Part shown: positions 40,019 to 52,900 of the stretch, one piece after another
Layout of the letters: each line of letters starts with the position of its first letter
How positions within the stretch are numbered: the stretch's first letter is position 1
Origin: Marsupella aquatica
Taxonomy: Eukaryota > Plantae > Marchantiophyta
DNA length: 64,000 nucleotides
Reading direction: 5' to 3'
Assembly (NCBI GenBank): GCA_973895155.1
Contig: OZ316895.1
Location: 5,848,687 to 5,912,686, forward strand
The notes under the pieces: model-generated
Database searches by the model: none
What the model saw: the letters and a program-made list of their open reading frames with translations, nothing else
Told to the model about the DNA's origin: nothing
Position numbers and translations under genes: made by a program

Positions 40019-40439
40019 TGTTGGGTATTTACTCTTACGTCTAGGTTAGGTATGACGTGGTTGGTACAACAACGTGGGTTGGTACAACTACGTGGTTAGG
40101 TACAACTACGTGATTAGGTACAACTATGTGGTTAGGTACAACTACGTGATTAGGTACAACTATGTGGTTAGGTACAACTAAGTTGCACACTATATCATAA
40201 GAGGCATGTGTGCTTGGAGAGGTAGAACCAAGGCTCATTGTTATGGAGTCACTTGAGAGATAGGGAGAACTTACACTGTGGAGACTCGGTATAGCCAACG
40301 GGCTTAGAGTTTAGTAAAGCTCTCTTGTGTGTTCCCGTGGACGTAGCCTCAAGGAGGTGAACCACGTATCTCTTGTGTCGACTATTGTGTGTTGGATGGT
40401 TCATGGGCTTGCCGTTGCGATCGTCGTCTATGCTCAACA
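40019..40439 (+). repeat. Copia B 5' LTR, with an 18-bp x7 array at 40055-40181
   Basis: TG...CA ends, followed by the PBS, and duplicated at 46458-46878. Confidence 0.95.
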
Positions 40440-41592
40440 ATTGGTATCAGAGCATGCTTGGGAGGTGACGTGTGTTCGTGACGGGATTTCATGACGGTTT
40501 TTTCCAACGTTGAGTGTCGGTGGATTTCCCAGAGTTCCATCGCATGGAACTTGGAGTTTATGGGCTCAACGAATAGATCATGGCAAGAGCTTTCTAACGG
40601 TGTGAAGAAATTGCCGAACGGAGCACGTGGTGCAGAGAGATCTAAGTTTTCGTCATTCTGGATTTTGTGAAGAAAGTTGGCAATCGACTCGGAGGGAGAA
40701 GCGTCAAGTGTTTTGACTCAACGGAGAGATTGAGGCAAGACGATTGTTTTTGAGTCCGGGATTGGCTCTTTGATGCAAAGAGGAAGGCTAAGCAAAATCA
40801 ATTACCTTGTTGGACTTGGTGACGGCACCAAGTGCAATTGATCAACATTCGTTGTTGACAAGGTACCATTTTTTTCTCTTTGAAAAACTGATTCGAAATT
40901 GGCTATGGCAATTGAGAGAAATCTGTCATCTTTACCAATTTTTTTCTCCCTCGTTCTTTCCTCATTTTGGGTGCTTCTTATATCTATCTTCACCGCCTCG
41001 GAGTCTAGTTTTCAAATCTGAAATCAGATCTTGATTTTGTTAAAACCCGAGTGAGATATCTTGTGTTTGGTGTCGAGGGGTACATTCTGCCGTGTGTATT
41101 TTCTGCCCGCGCGACCATTTCGACGACGAAGGGTGGTAGGGGGTTTTGGGGGTTCGAGGACATGTGTCAGCCCCTCGATTGTTCTTCCAAAATTCCCACA
41201 GGGCCTGTACAAGGGTCATAGAATATTCCAAAAAACCATAGAGCTATTTTTTGACCATCCGACAAAGATTTCATCCGCCGAACGGTAACTTTTTTGGTTA
41301 TTTTTTGGCGAGGTCGTAGCCATTGAAGTTGGCAAGGCGGCGCACCAATCACATCACAATTCCGACAATGGGTTGTACTTGGTATTTTGGTTATTCCCTG
41401 AGGTGGTCAAAACGGGGGAGTTTTCCAAGGTTTTACCCACCTCGACCGAAATTTGAATAACTTTTCTGTCAAATTTTGATTTTGATTTCGGTTTTCAGTA
41501 TTGGACTCCTAGCTTTGTGGGCTACGCGGCGGTGTTGAATTTCGAGTTTTTTGAGAAGTTGTGAAAAACAACATTTTTTGTGATTTTCTCAC

Positions 41593-44500
41593 ATGAGTGA
41601 TTCGGAGGAGTTTTTCGAAGACGTGGAACTTGAAGCACGAGGATCACCACGGAGGTTTCAAGGGCAGAGAGAGGAGCAAGAGGAAAAGCACGTGACACCG
41701 ATACCATCACCGGTGCGGCGTGTGGTGGAGGAAGCAGTACTACTACCGGAGCTCACGGTAGTGCCAAAGAAGAAGATGGGGACTTTCAAGCTTGGGGGAT
41801 CCAAGTATGAAGTGACAAAGTATGATGGGCACTCTGACTACTTGCTATGGGAGAAGCAGGTGAAGGGAGTGCTCTATGCGTCAGGGATGGGCCAACTGCT
41901 GAGCCCTCGTGAAGACGATGTTGATGAGAAACAATGGGACCGCATGCAGGAGCAGGGAGTGTGGTGTGTTACACTCTATCTCATGTCTCCCATCATCAAG
42001 CAGTTGGGTGCACATAAGGATTGCATGTCCTTGTTTGCGGAATTGCAGAGCAAGTATCACCGCAAGGAGTTGTCGAATCGGCTCTACACTTCCTACAAAC
42101 TGATGAGTTTTAGGATGAATGAATCCGGTACGAAGTTGCAAGACCATGTGGATACTTTCAACGACATGGTCGTTGACTTGGAAAACCTTGGGAAGACTTT
42201 GAATGATGAGACGAAGGCTCTGCAGCTTCTTAGTTCATTGCCTCCATCTTACCAGTCCCTATCACGAGTGTTGTTGCATCGTGATAGGGATACCATTTCA
42301 TACAATGACATGGTAAGTTCTCTGCTTAGTGATGATCTTCAACAGAAGATGCACATCACGTCACAGCCTTCATCATCTGGTGCTGCCCTCAATGTTAACC
42401 GTGGGAGGAGTATGCAGCGACCAACTGGGGACCGTAGAACCCAGTTTAGATCTAAATCCAGATCTAAGTCCAAGGGTAAATCCCCTCAGAGGAGGCAGGT
42501 GACATGTTGGAAGTGCAACCAAGTTGGACACTTCAAGCGAGATTGTAAGGGAAAGGCAGCGGAAACTTCATCGGCAAATATGGCTAGGGCTAATGCTCGG
42601 GGGGGTCACTATATGGAGGGTCATACATCGCGTGCGACGTTTTAGGGTTTGACCCCCCTAACTTTAAAGTGAAAAATATTTTTTTGCAAAGCCCTTTCTT
42701 TCTTAAAATTTTGTCATTTTTTATTAAAAAACCCATAAAAACTTTATAGAAAGTATTTTTTGCAATTAAATAGGCCTATGTGTTCTTTAAAGTCGACCAA
42801 TCAATAAAACATGCCCTATGTGTTCTTCCACCAAACTTTGGAAGTCTTCCGCCACACCCATTTAAATGGGCCTATACTTCATCGCACGTGATGTGTCACT
42901 TCCGTGGAAGTGACCCCCCCGAGGGCTGATGGAGAAGCTGATTTACTCAATGATGAGTATGTTTTATGAAGCCGGGGGTATGCCCTGTGCACGTCATCTA
43001 GGAGAGCAGATGATGTGTGGATTCTTGATTGTGCTTGCTCTTTTCATATTTGTTACATTCGTGAGTTTTTCAGTTCTTACTCTGTTTCAAACGGTTCAGT
43101 TCTGATGGGAAATGATCACTCCTGTCAAATTGAGGGAATTGGGTCTGTGAAGATTCAAATGTTTGATAGCGCTGTGCGCACAGTGTCAAGAGTCAGGTAT
43201 GTACCTGGCATGCGTAAGAATCTGATTTCACTCGGTGTGTTGGATTCAAATGGTCATCACTGGAGCGTTATTGATGGTGAACTTCAAGTTAGGTCGGGAG
43301 AGATAGTGATTTTGAAGGGGAGTAGACAAAAGAATTTGTATGTGTTACAGGGCAATACTGTATGTGGAGAGGCCAATGTAACCAAGTCTCACGAGGAGAT
43401 GACTCAACTGTGGCATTCACGGCTAGGCCACATGAGTGAGAAGGGTTTGGCTATCTTACGGAAGAATAGACTCATTTCTGATTTGCAATCTTGTAAATTA
43501 GAGTTTTGTGAGCATTGCATTCTTGGAAAGCAGCATTGTCATGCTTTTGGTGTTGGAACTCATCGTTCCAAAGCGGTTCTTGAGTACATACATAGTGACG
43601 TGTGGGGTCCATCCCCGACTCCCTCGCACTCTGGAAAGTTGTACTATGTATCATTTATTGATGATTACTCAAGATTTGTGTGGATTTATTTCATGACGCA
43701 TAAGTCTGATGTCTTGTCCATTTTTAAGAAGTGGAAGGCCCAGGTGGAGAATCAGACTGGAAACATGATCAAGTGTTTGGATACAAGGGTGAAGAGTCTG
43801 AGGTCAGACAACGGCAGAGAGTACACTTCAATGGAATTTGAAGAGTACTATTCAGAACAGGGGATAACTCGCCATCTCACCACAGTTTATACTCCGCAGC
43901 AGAATGGTGTCGTTGAGAGGCTCAATTGAACACTGTTGGAGCGGTCACGGAGTATGTTGAGCTAATCAGGTTTACCACAAGAATTTTGGGCAGAAGCTGT
44001 CAACACCGCAACTTATTTGGTAAATCTTTCTCCTTCTAGTGCTATCAATTTCAAAACGCCGTTTGAGATGCGCTATAAGCGGCAAGCAGACTATCATGGC
44101 TTGGTAGTTTTTGGAAGTGATGCATATGCTCTCACACCGAAGCAGAATAGGACCAAGTTGGATCCTACCTCCAAGAAATGTGTTTTTCTTGGGTACCAGA
44201 GTGGTGTGAAAGCCTATAGGCTATGGGATCCTATTGCCTGTAAGCTCGTTGTCAGTAGAGATGTTTCCTTCAATGAATCCAGATTATTGAAGGAGGGGGA
44301 GAATACTCAGGTCTCCCGTACTGACAAAGGAAAATCTCCTATCCCGGATCTCGTTGAGGGGGAGATTGGTTATGAGGTGCATGACCGGAGAGAAGGAGTT
44401 GCTCCAATTATGGAGTTGGTTCCTGTGCCAGAGGAACCAGAGGAGTTTGTTGATGCTGGTGAGCAGCAAGTGGATGCTGGTGAGCAGCAAGTGGATGCCG

Positions 44501-46263
44501 TTGAGCTTCAAATTGTACCAGCACACGCAGATCAACCGGAGTCATCGGCTAGAAGAACATCTGGTCGCACTGTACGCGCTCCACCAAGGTATGGACAGTG
44601 GATTGATTCATCTCAACTGCAAGAGGATGATTTTACAGCTGATGATGAGGGTGATGCGTTAATTTTGGAAGAAGGGGAACCTTCTTCATTTCATGAGGTA
44701 AGTGCTTCAAAGGAGAAGCAGAAGTGGACTGCAGCAATGCAAACGGAGATGCAGTCACTAAAGGACAACAAAACTTGGGAGCTTGTTAAGCTGCCTAAGG
44801 GTCAGCAAGTGGTGGACAGCAAGTGGATTTACAAGCTGAAAGATAATTCCATAGGAGGTGGATCGAAGGTCTACAAGGCTAGGTTGGTAGCAAAGGGATT
44901 CACATAAGAGAAAGGTGTGGATTACAATGAGGTCTTCTCACCAGTTGCTAAGTACTCTACAATATGACTATTGTGTGTACTTGTTGTAATGTTTGGTCTA
45001 CTGCTAGATCAAATGGATGTTGTCACAGCTTTCCTCTATGGCACATTGGAAGAGGTGATCTTCATAAGACAACCGCTAGGTTTTGTGAAGAGAGGACAGG
45101 AGGAATTGGTTTGCAGATTGCTGAAATCCTTGTATGGGTTGAAGCAGTCACCAAGACAGTGGAACAAGCGGTTTGACGATTGGATTCGGTCACAAGGTTT
45201 TTACATAAGTGTATTTGACCCTTGTGTGTATTTGAAACCGGTAAAGAATGTTGTCTTTGGGTTCATTGTTTTAGTATTTTATGTGGATAATATGCTAATT
45301 GCAACCAAGGATAGGTATGAGATTGTTAAGCTCAAGGCACTGTTTAGTGCAGAGTTTAAGATGAAGGACTTAGGGCCAGCTAAGAGGATTTTGGGTATGG
45401 AGATCACTAGGGACTTGGAGGCTGGCAAGCTATGGTTGACGCAGAGCAGTTATGCGAGGAAGGTAATTGCAAGGTTCAACATGGGGAATAGCAAGCCAGT
45501 AAGTACCCCGTTGGCTCCACACTTCAAGTTATCATCAACGTTCTGTCCTACGGATGACACAGAGAAGGGGTTGATGTCAAAGGTTCCGTATGACAAGGCA
45601 GTGGGGAGTCTCATGTATTTGATGACTTACACTAGACCTGATCTTGCCATGGCTATGGGCAAGGTGAGCAGGTACATGTCGAATCCAGGGAAGGTACACT
45701 GGGAAGCAGTGAAGTGGATTATCAGGTACTTGAAGGGTACCGTGGATCATGGTCTTTTATTTGATGCGAATGCAAAGAATGCTAAATCATTGATTGGCTA
45801 TGTTGATTCTGACTATGGACAAGATTTGGACCGAAGGAGATCAACAACAGGATACGTGTTCATACTTGGTGGTGGATGCATAAGTTGGAGGTCTACTTTG
45901 CAGAAGTGTATTGTTCAGTCTACTACAGAAGCGGAGTATGTTGCAGCTGCGAAAGCAGCAAAGGAAGCGATTTGGTTGGATAGACTTATCACTGAAATGG
46001 GATTGCCACAGGGGAATGTGAAGCTCCATTGTGATAGTCAAAGTGTGCTCCACCTTGTTGTGAACCAGGTGATGGATAGTAGAGTGAAGCACATTGACGT
46101 CAGGTATCATTTTATCAGGCAGGTTGTGTCTGATAATTTGTTTGAGCTAGTCAAGATTGATGGTAAACTCAACCCGGCTGACGCATTTACCAAAGTGATT
46201 CCTTTGGAAAGTTTCCCTAGACACTGTGACGTATTGTAGGTTTTGCAATTGCATCACAAGTAG
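41593..46263 (+). pseudogene. Copia B gag (41593-42969, MITE-interrupted) and pol (PR, IN, RT, RNaseH; premature stops)
   Basis: KYEVTKYDG, CWKCNQVGHFKRDC, WILDCACSFH, HSRLGH..CEHC, HSDVWGP..LRSDNG..QQNGVVER, YKARLVAKGF, LKSLYGLKQSPR, YVDNML and HIDVRYHF. Confidence 0.93.
42596..42923. mobile_element. MITE (328 bp) inserted at the end of copia B gag; 8-bp TSD
   Basis: Perfect 15-bp TIR CTCGGGGGGGTCACT (imperfect to ~44 bp). TSD GGCT(A/G)ATG at 42588-42595 and 42924-42931. The empty site is present in copy A at ~37825. Confidence 0.92.
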
Positions 46264-46457
46264 AGTTTTCTTAACATTCATTGTAATTACTGATATATGC
46301 TCTTCCTCATTCCTATGTATTAGGCTACGGCTTAGTTCTGGTTTGCTCTAGTTAGAGAGGGAAACCGGTTTGGTTTTTGTCCAGAACTTCCCGTTGAGGG
46401 ATCATAATTATACATTGGCAGTATTACTCTCCCCTAGACCAGAGTCAAGGGGAAGAT

Positions 46458-46878
46458 TGTTTGGTATTTACTCTTACGTCTAGGTTAGGTATGACGTGGT
46501 TGGTACAACAACGTGGGTTGGTACAACTACGTGGTTAGGTACAACTACGTGATTAGGTACAACTATGTGGTTAGGTACAACTACGTGATTAGGTACAACT
46601 ATGTGGTTAGGTACAACTAAGTTGCACACTATATCATAAGAGGCATGTGTGCTTGGAGAGGTAGAACCAAGGCTCATTGTTATGGAGTCACTTGAGAGAT
46701 AGGGAGAGCTTACACTGTGGAGACTCGGTATAGCCAACGGGCTTAGAGTTCAGTAAAGTTCTCTTGTGTGTTCCCGTGGACGTAGTCTCAAGGAGGTGAA
46801 CCACGTATCTCTTGTGTCGACTATTGTGCGTTGGATGGTTCATGGGCTTGCCGTTGCGATCGTCGTCTATGCTCAACA
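46458..46878 (+). repeat. Copia B 3' LTR
   Basis: Follows the PPT and matches 40019-40439. Confidence 0.95.
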
Positions 46879-46968
46879 CATGACTTACTATGTGCACTCC
46901 AACAAGAACCTGGCAGCGGTGGGCAATCACAAGGGTCCTGTTAAGTCTTTCCTTGCCTGGGGGACCAT

Positions 46969-49900
46969 TGTTGAGCATAGACGACATTCGCAACGGCAAG
47001 CCCATGAACCATCCAACGCACAATAGTTGACACAAAGAGATACGTGGTTCACCTCCACATGAGGCTACGTCCACGGGAACACACAAGAGCTTTACTGCAC
47101 TCTAGGCCAACCGGCCATACCAAGCATCCACAGCACAAGCTCTCCCTATCTCTCAACTAGCTCCGTAACAATGAGCCTAAGTTCCACCAGGGTCTGGCAT
47201 CAACCCTGGCTATATACACAACAACACTACCGCTAACATTAGCTAAGTCCTAACCCAAGTTAGACTAACTGTGGTTAGCTCATGAGTCACAAGACTAGAG
47301 CAATATCTAACAAACTCCCCCTTGACTCTTGTCTTGGGGACTGAACTAAATGCTACCATATGGAATCCTCAAGAGGAAGTTCTAGACAATCACCAAACCA
47401 GGTCTCCCCCTAAAAACCACAAGGGTTAACTAAGGGTTAACTAGAACTAAGCCGTAGCCAAACAGGAATGAGTAATCTATATACAAATAGTCACACATTG
47501 CTAAATAATTCTACTTGCACTACAACTGCAAAACTTGCAAAGTAGCACGGTGTCTTGAGAAACTCTCCAAAGGAATCACTTTGGTAAAGGCATCAACGGG
47601 ATTGAGCTTTCCATCAATCTTGACTAGCTCAAAAGTTTTATCAGACACTGCTTGCCTAATAAAATGGTACCTGATATCAATGTGCTTCACCCTGCTATCC
47701 ATCACCTGGTTAGCAGCCAAGTGAAGAGCACTCTGACTATCACAATTTAGAGTCATTTTTCCATGCTCTAAACCCATCTCCGCGATCAACTTATCCAACC
47801 AAATTGCTTCATTTGCTGCTTCTGCTGCTGCAACATACTCTACTTCTGTAGTAGACTGAGAAATGCACTTCTGCAAGGTAGATTTCCAACTGATACATCC
47901 TCCTCCAAGAGTGTATACAAACCCAGTTGTAGACCTCCTTGTATCCAGACAGCCTCCATAGTCAAAATCTACATAGCTAACTAATGTTCTATTTGATCTA
48001 TTATCAAATAGTAATCCATAGTCCTGTGTTCCCTTCAGATACCTGAGAATCCATTTCATAGCTTCCCAATGTACCTTCCCTGGATTTGACATGAATCTGC
48101 TAACCTTGCCCATCGCTAGGGCCAAGTCAGGCCTAGTACAAGTCATCAAATACATCAGACTGCCTACTGCCTTCTCATAAGGAATCTTAGCCATCAGACC
48201 TTTCTCCACAGCATCCGTAGGAGAGAAAGCTGATGATAACTTGAAATGTGAAGCTAAAGGAATACTCACTGGCTTACAGTTTTTCATGTTGAATCGTGCA
48301 AGTACTTTCCTCGCATACTGGCCCTGACTCAAGCACAACTATCCAGTATTAGAGTTCCTAAAAATTTCCATCCCTAAGATCCTCTTGGCCTTACCAAGAT
48401 CCTTCATCCTGAATTCAGCACTCAATTTCGCCTTGAGACTGTTAACTTTAGATTGATCTTTAGCCACAATTAGCATGTCATCCACATAGATCACTAGAAT
48501 GATGAAACCAAACACATCATTCTTGACTGATTTCGTATACACACAAGGATCATACACCATCCTTGTAAAACCTTGAGCAAACATGAAATCATCAAACCGC
48601 TTGTTCCACTGTCTGGGAGACTACTTCAATCCATACAAGGACTTGAGCAATCTGCAAACTAAGTTCTCTTGGCCCTTCTTCATAAAGCCTAGTGGCTGTC
48701 TCATGAAGATCAACTCTTCCAAGTTGCCATAGAGAAAAACAGTAACAACATCCATCTGATCCATCACCAGACCAAAAAATACAACAAGCTGACACAAGAT
48801 CCGTATTGTGGAATATTTAGCCACCGGTGAAAAGACCTCATTGTAGTTCACTCTTTTCTCCTGAGTGAACCCCTTGGCAACAAGCCTTGCCTTGTAGATC
48901 TTATCTCCACCCTCTGAAGGACTGTCCTTCAACTTGTAAATCCACTTGCTGTCCACCACTTGCTGACCTCTTGGAAGCTCCACCAGCTCCCATGTCTTGT
49001 TGTCACTCAAAGATTGCAACTCCCTCTACATTGTTGCATTTCACTCATGCTTCTGCTCTGAAGCACAAGCCTCACTGTACGAAGAAGACTCTCCTTCTTC
49101 CAAGATCAAAGCCATGTCATCTTCATCAGGTGCAATGTCAATATCATCTAGCTTAGATGAGTCTGCCCATTGACCATACCTGGTAGGAGCTCTAGTAGAA
49201 TGACTGGAAGTTCTTCTAGTAGATGACTCAGGCTGATCTGCTGCTGCTGGTCAAATTTGAGGTACCCCAGCAATAATCTGCTCCTCTTGTTCCATCACAG
49301 GAACCAGCTCCAAGCCTGGAGCTTCTCCATCTCTCCGGTCATGAACTGCATCATGACTAATCTCCCCCTCAACCCGGTCCGGGATGGGAGATTTCCCCTT
49401 GTCAGTATGAAAGTCCTGAGAACTCTCCCCCTCCTTTGATGATCTGGACTCATTAAAGGACACATCTCTACTGATAATTAGCTTACAGGTTACTGGATCC
49501 CATAACCTATAACCCTTCACACCTTTCTGATAGCCAAGGAAAATGCACTTCTTTGACTTGGACTCCAGCTTGGATCGAAGCTGGGAAGGTGTAAGCACAT
49601 AAGCATCACATCCAAAAATCCTCAGATGTGAGTAATCTGCTAGACGCCCGTACCTCATTTCAAATGACGTCTTGAATCCAATAGAACTGGATGGAAAAAA
49701 ATTTACCAAATAAGCTGCAGTGTTGACAGCTTCAGCCCAAAACTCATGTGGTAAGCATGATTGACTCAACATACTCCTTGAGCGGTCCAATAGTGTTCGG
49801 TTGAGTCTCTCAGAAACACCATTCTGCTGAGGAGTATAACTTGTTGTGAGATGGCGGGTAATCCCCTGCTCCTTACAATACGTTCCAAATTCTCCGGAAC

Positions 49901-52900
49901 TATATTCACCGCCGTTATCCGATCGAAGATATCTCACCTTATTACCAGTTTGATTCTCTACTTGGGCTTTCCACTCCTTAAAAGTGGCAAAAACATCAGA
50001 CTTATTGTGTAGAAAGTATATCCACACATACCTTGAGTAATCGTCTATGAACGTGACATAGTATAACCGTCCAGAATGTGAGGGAGTAGGGGCTGGACTC
50101 CACACATCACTATGTACATACTCAAGTACCTCCTTGCTGGTGTGAGTTCCAACTCCGAAGGGTTTCCTGTGCTGCTTCCCTAGCACACAGTGCTCACAAA
50201 ATTCCAACGTACAAGATTGCAAATTAGAAAGTAATCCTTTCTTTTGAAGAATAACCAAACCTTTTTCACTCATGTGGCCCAAACGAAAGTGCCACAGCCG
50301 GGCCGTCTCCTCATGAGATAAGGTTACATTGGCTTGATCACAGACTACACTGCCCTCCAAAACGTATAGATTGCTATGTCTCTTTCCCTTCAATACAACT
50401 TTAGTACCAGTTAAAACCTGAAGGACACCATTAGCAGAACTCCACTAATGGCCATTTGCTTCTAAAACTCCAAGTGAAATGAGATTTTTCATCATGGTGG
50501 GAATATGTCTCACATTCCTCAACGTTCTCACAGCACCATCAAACATCTAAAATCTTACAGATCCAAGTCCAACAACTTGACATGGGATTCCATTTCCCAT
50601 CAACACTGACCCATTGGAAACCGTGTAAGAACTGAAAAAATCTCTCCTAGAGCAAATGTGAAAAGTACATGCACTATCTAGAATCCAATCATCACTACCT
50701 GGATTTGACACTACGTTGAGAGCATAACCTTGACATCACAATATATCATCATCATCGAGTAAATCTACCTCATGCGAGCTCGATGCCGCGTTAGCAGAGG
50801 CAGTAGGGACCTTTACTTGACAATCCCTTTTCATGTGGCCAGGCTTGCCACAATTCCAACATGCAAAAGGCTTTCTCTCTTGCGATTTCCCTCTGGATTT
50901 AGATCTCCCCCGTGATGTAGATCTAAACCTGTTCTACCCATTCGTGCATTGCGCTGCTCTTCCCCTGTTCGCATTGAGCGCAGTGCCAAAAGAAGATGCT
51001 GTCTATGATTGACCCAGCTTCTTCTGAGCATCATCAGACAGTAAAGAGCTCACCACCTCATTATACAAAATGGCCTTCAGATCTCTGTACAACAGCACCT
51101 ATTTCAAGCCCTGATATGACGATGGTAAGGAGCTTAGCAGAAGCAAGGCCTTATTCTCATCTTCAACTCCTTTTCCCAGGTTTGATAGATCCACTACTAG
51201 ACTGTCAAATTTATCCAGGTGATCCTGCATCTTGCTCCCTTCCTTGAGCCTTAGGCTCATCAAGAGAGACTTCTTGTACAGCCGGTCTGACGCATCTTCC
51301 CGGTAGTACTTCTCTCTAAGAGCCTTGAACAGTGACGCGCAATCCGCATAATCATCCAACTGCTTGATGATGTGCGGCTTGAGATATAGCATCACTGCAT
51401 TGACAGCAATCACCTGCTCCTGTCTCCATTGCCTCACTGAAATCTCCTCCTCTCCATCATACTGCTCTCGCGATGAAAGCAGATGAGCTAAGCCCATGGC
51501 CCGTAGAACACCCTTCACTTGCTTCTCCCACAACAAGTAATCAGTACGACCATCGTACTTCTCCACCTCAAACTTCACTCCTCCGAATCTAGCCATCTCC
51601 CTCTTCTTCCCTACTACCAACAGCTCTGGTAGTAGTACAGTTTCCTCCACTACACGCCGCACAGGTGATCTTACCGGTGTCACTAGTTCCTTCTCAAACG
51701 GTAGCAGCTCTTCCTCAGACTCTCTATTTGACCGTCACGATCCTGAAGCTCCATCGATGCCAATTCTTCCAGTATCCTCCGAGTCACTCATATGAAATAA
51801 TCACAAAAAAATGTCTTTTTTTGAAACTTCTTATAAAACTCAAAACTCAACACCGCCACGTAGCCCACGAAGCTAGGAGTCCAATACTGAAAGCCAAAAT
51901 CAAAATCAAAATTTGACGGAAAAGTTATTCAAATTTTGGTTGGGGTGGGTAAAACCTTGGGAAACTTCCCCGTTTTGACCACCTCAGAGAATAACCAAAA
52001 TACCCAGTACAACCGGTCGTTGGAATCGCGATGTGATCGGTGCGTCGCGTTGCTAACTCCAGTGGCAACGTCCTTGCCGAAAAAGAACCAAAAAAGTTAC
52101 CGTTCGACGGACGAAATCTTTGTAGGACGGCCAAAAAACAGCTCTATGTTTTTCGGGAATATTCCTGCACAGTATAGCAGGTCTCATAGGGGACCGTTCC
52201 CCCTGTTGGAGCGATTAAAACGGAGGGCAGCAGGTTCCGACACGAAGTTAAACAAGAGGGAAGAAAAAAAGCTATTAAAAGTGCCCTAAAGGGGGTGCTA
52301 AATCCCCTTAACAAAATATATGACTTAAAAATGCGCATCCGCGTCGCGCATACGCGAGGCGGGCCAGGCGCGGCGGGTACACCAGGTGACAAGGCGTGTA
52401 CAAGGCAGTATCGGGCGGCTGCATACGCAGCCGCGTATGCCTGAAAAAACGGCCAAGGAGGGGGAGGGCGAGGCGACCGGCAGGGAGCCAGGTCGCAAGC
52501 GGGGGTCGCGAGCGCAGGGGCATGGGCGTAAATGGCCAGGCGCGTTGAAGGCACGCCAGAGGGAGTTGGGGCCAGCTTCCAAAAGGCGTACGAGCACGCG
52601 AGAAGCACCGGCCGGCGGTGTGCAGCTCGTTGCTACGGCAGAAAAAACGGGGTGCGGGGGGGAAATCCGGGTACGCGGGGCCGGCCTATATAGTGTGTGT
52701 ATACACACAGTATACACTAAAAAAGGGTGTGTAAAACCCCTTTAAAAGCAAAAATGACCCCCCCTAGAAAAAATGGCAATTACTCACCTCAACCGCCGTC
52801 GTTTTCAATGAGTAAAGTGAACACCGCCGACGGAAAAAATATTGTCGAATTTCACTGGCACAGTCTGCAACTCCAACAGAGTAAATTGTTTCCGCCGCGT

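Larger units (their letters stand above)
40019..46878 (+). mobile_element. Full-length Ty1/copia LTR retrotransposon copy B (defective)
   Basis: 421-bp LTRs with about 6 differences by eye, PBS 40442-40453, PPT AAGGGGAAG 46447-46455, TSD CATGA, and domain order gag-PR-IN-RT-RH. Confidence 0.97.
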
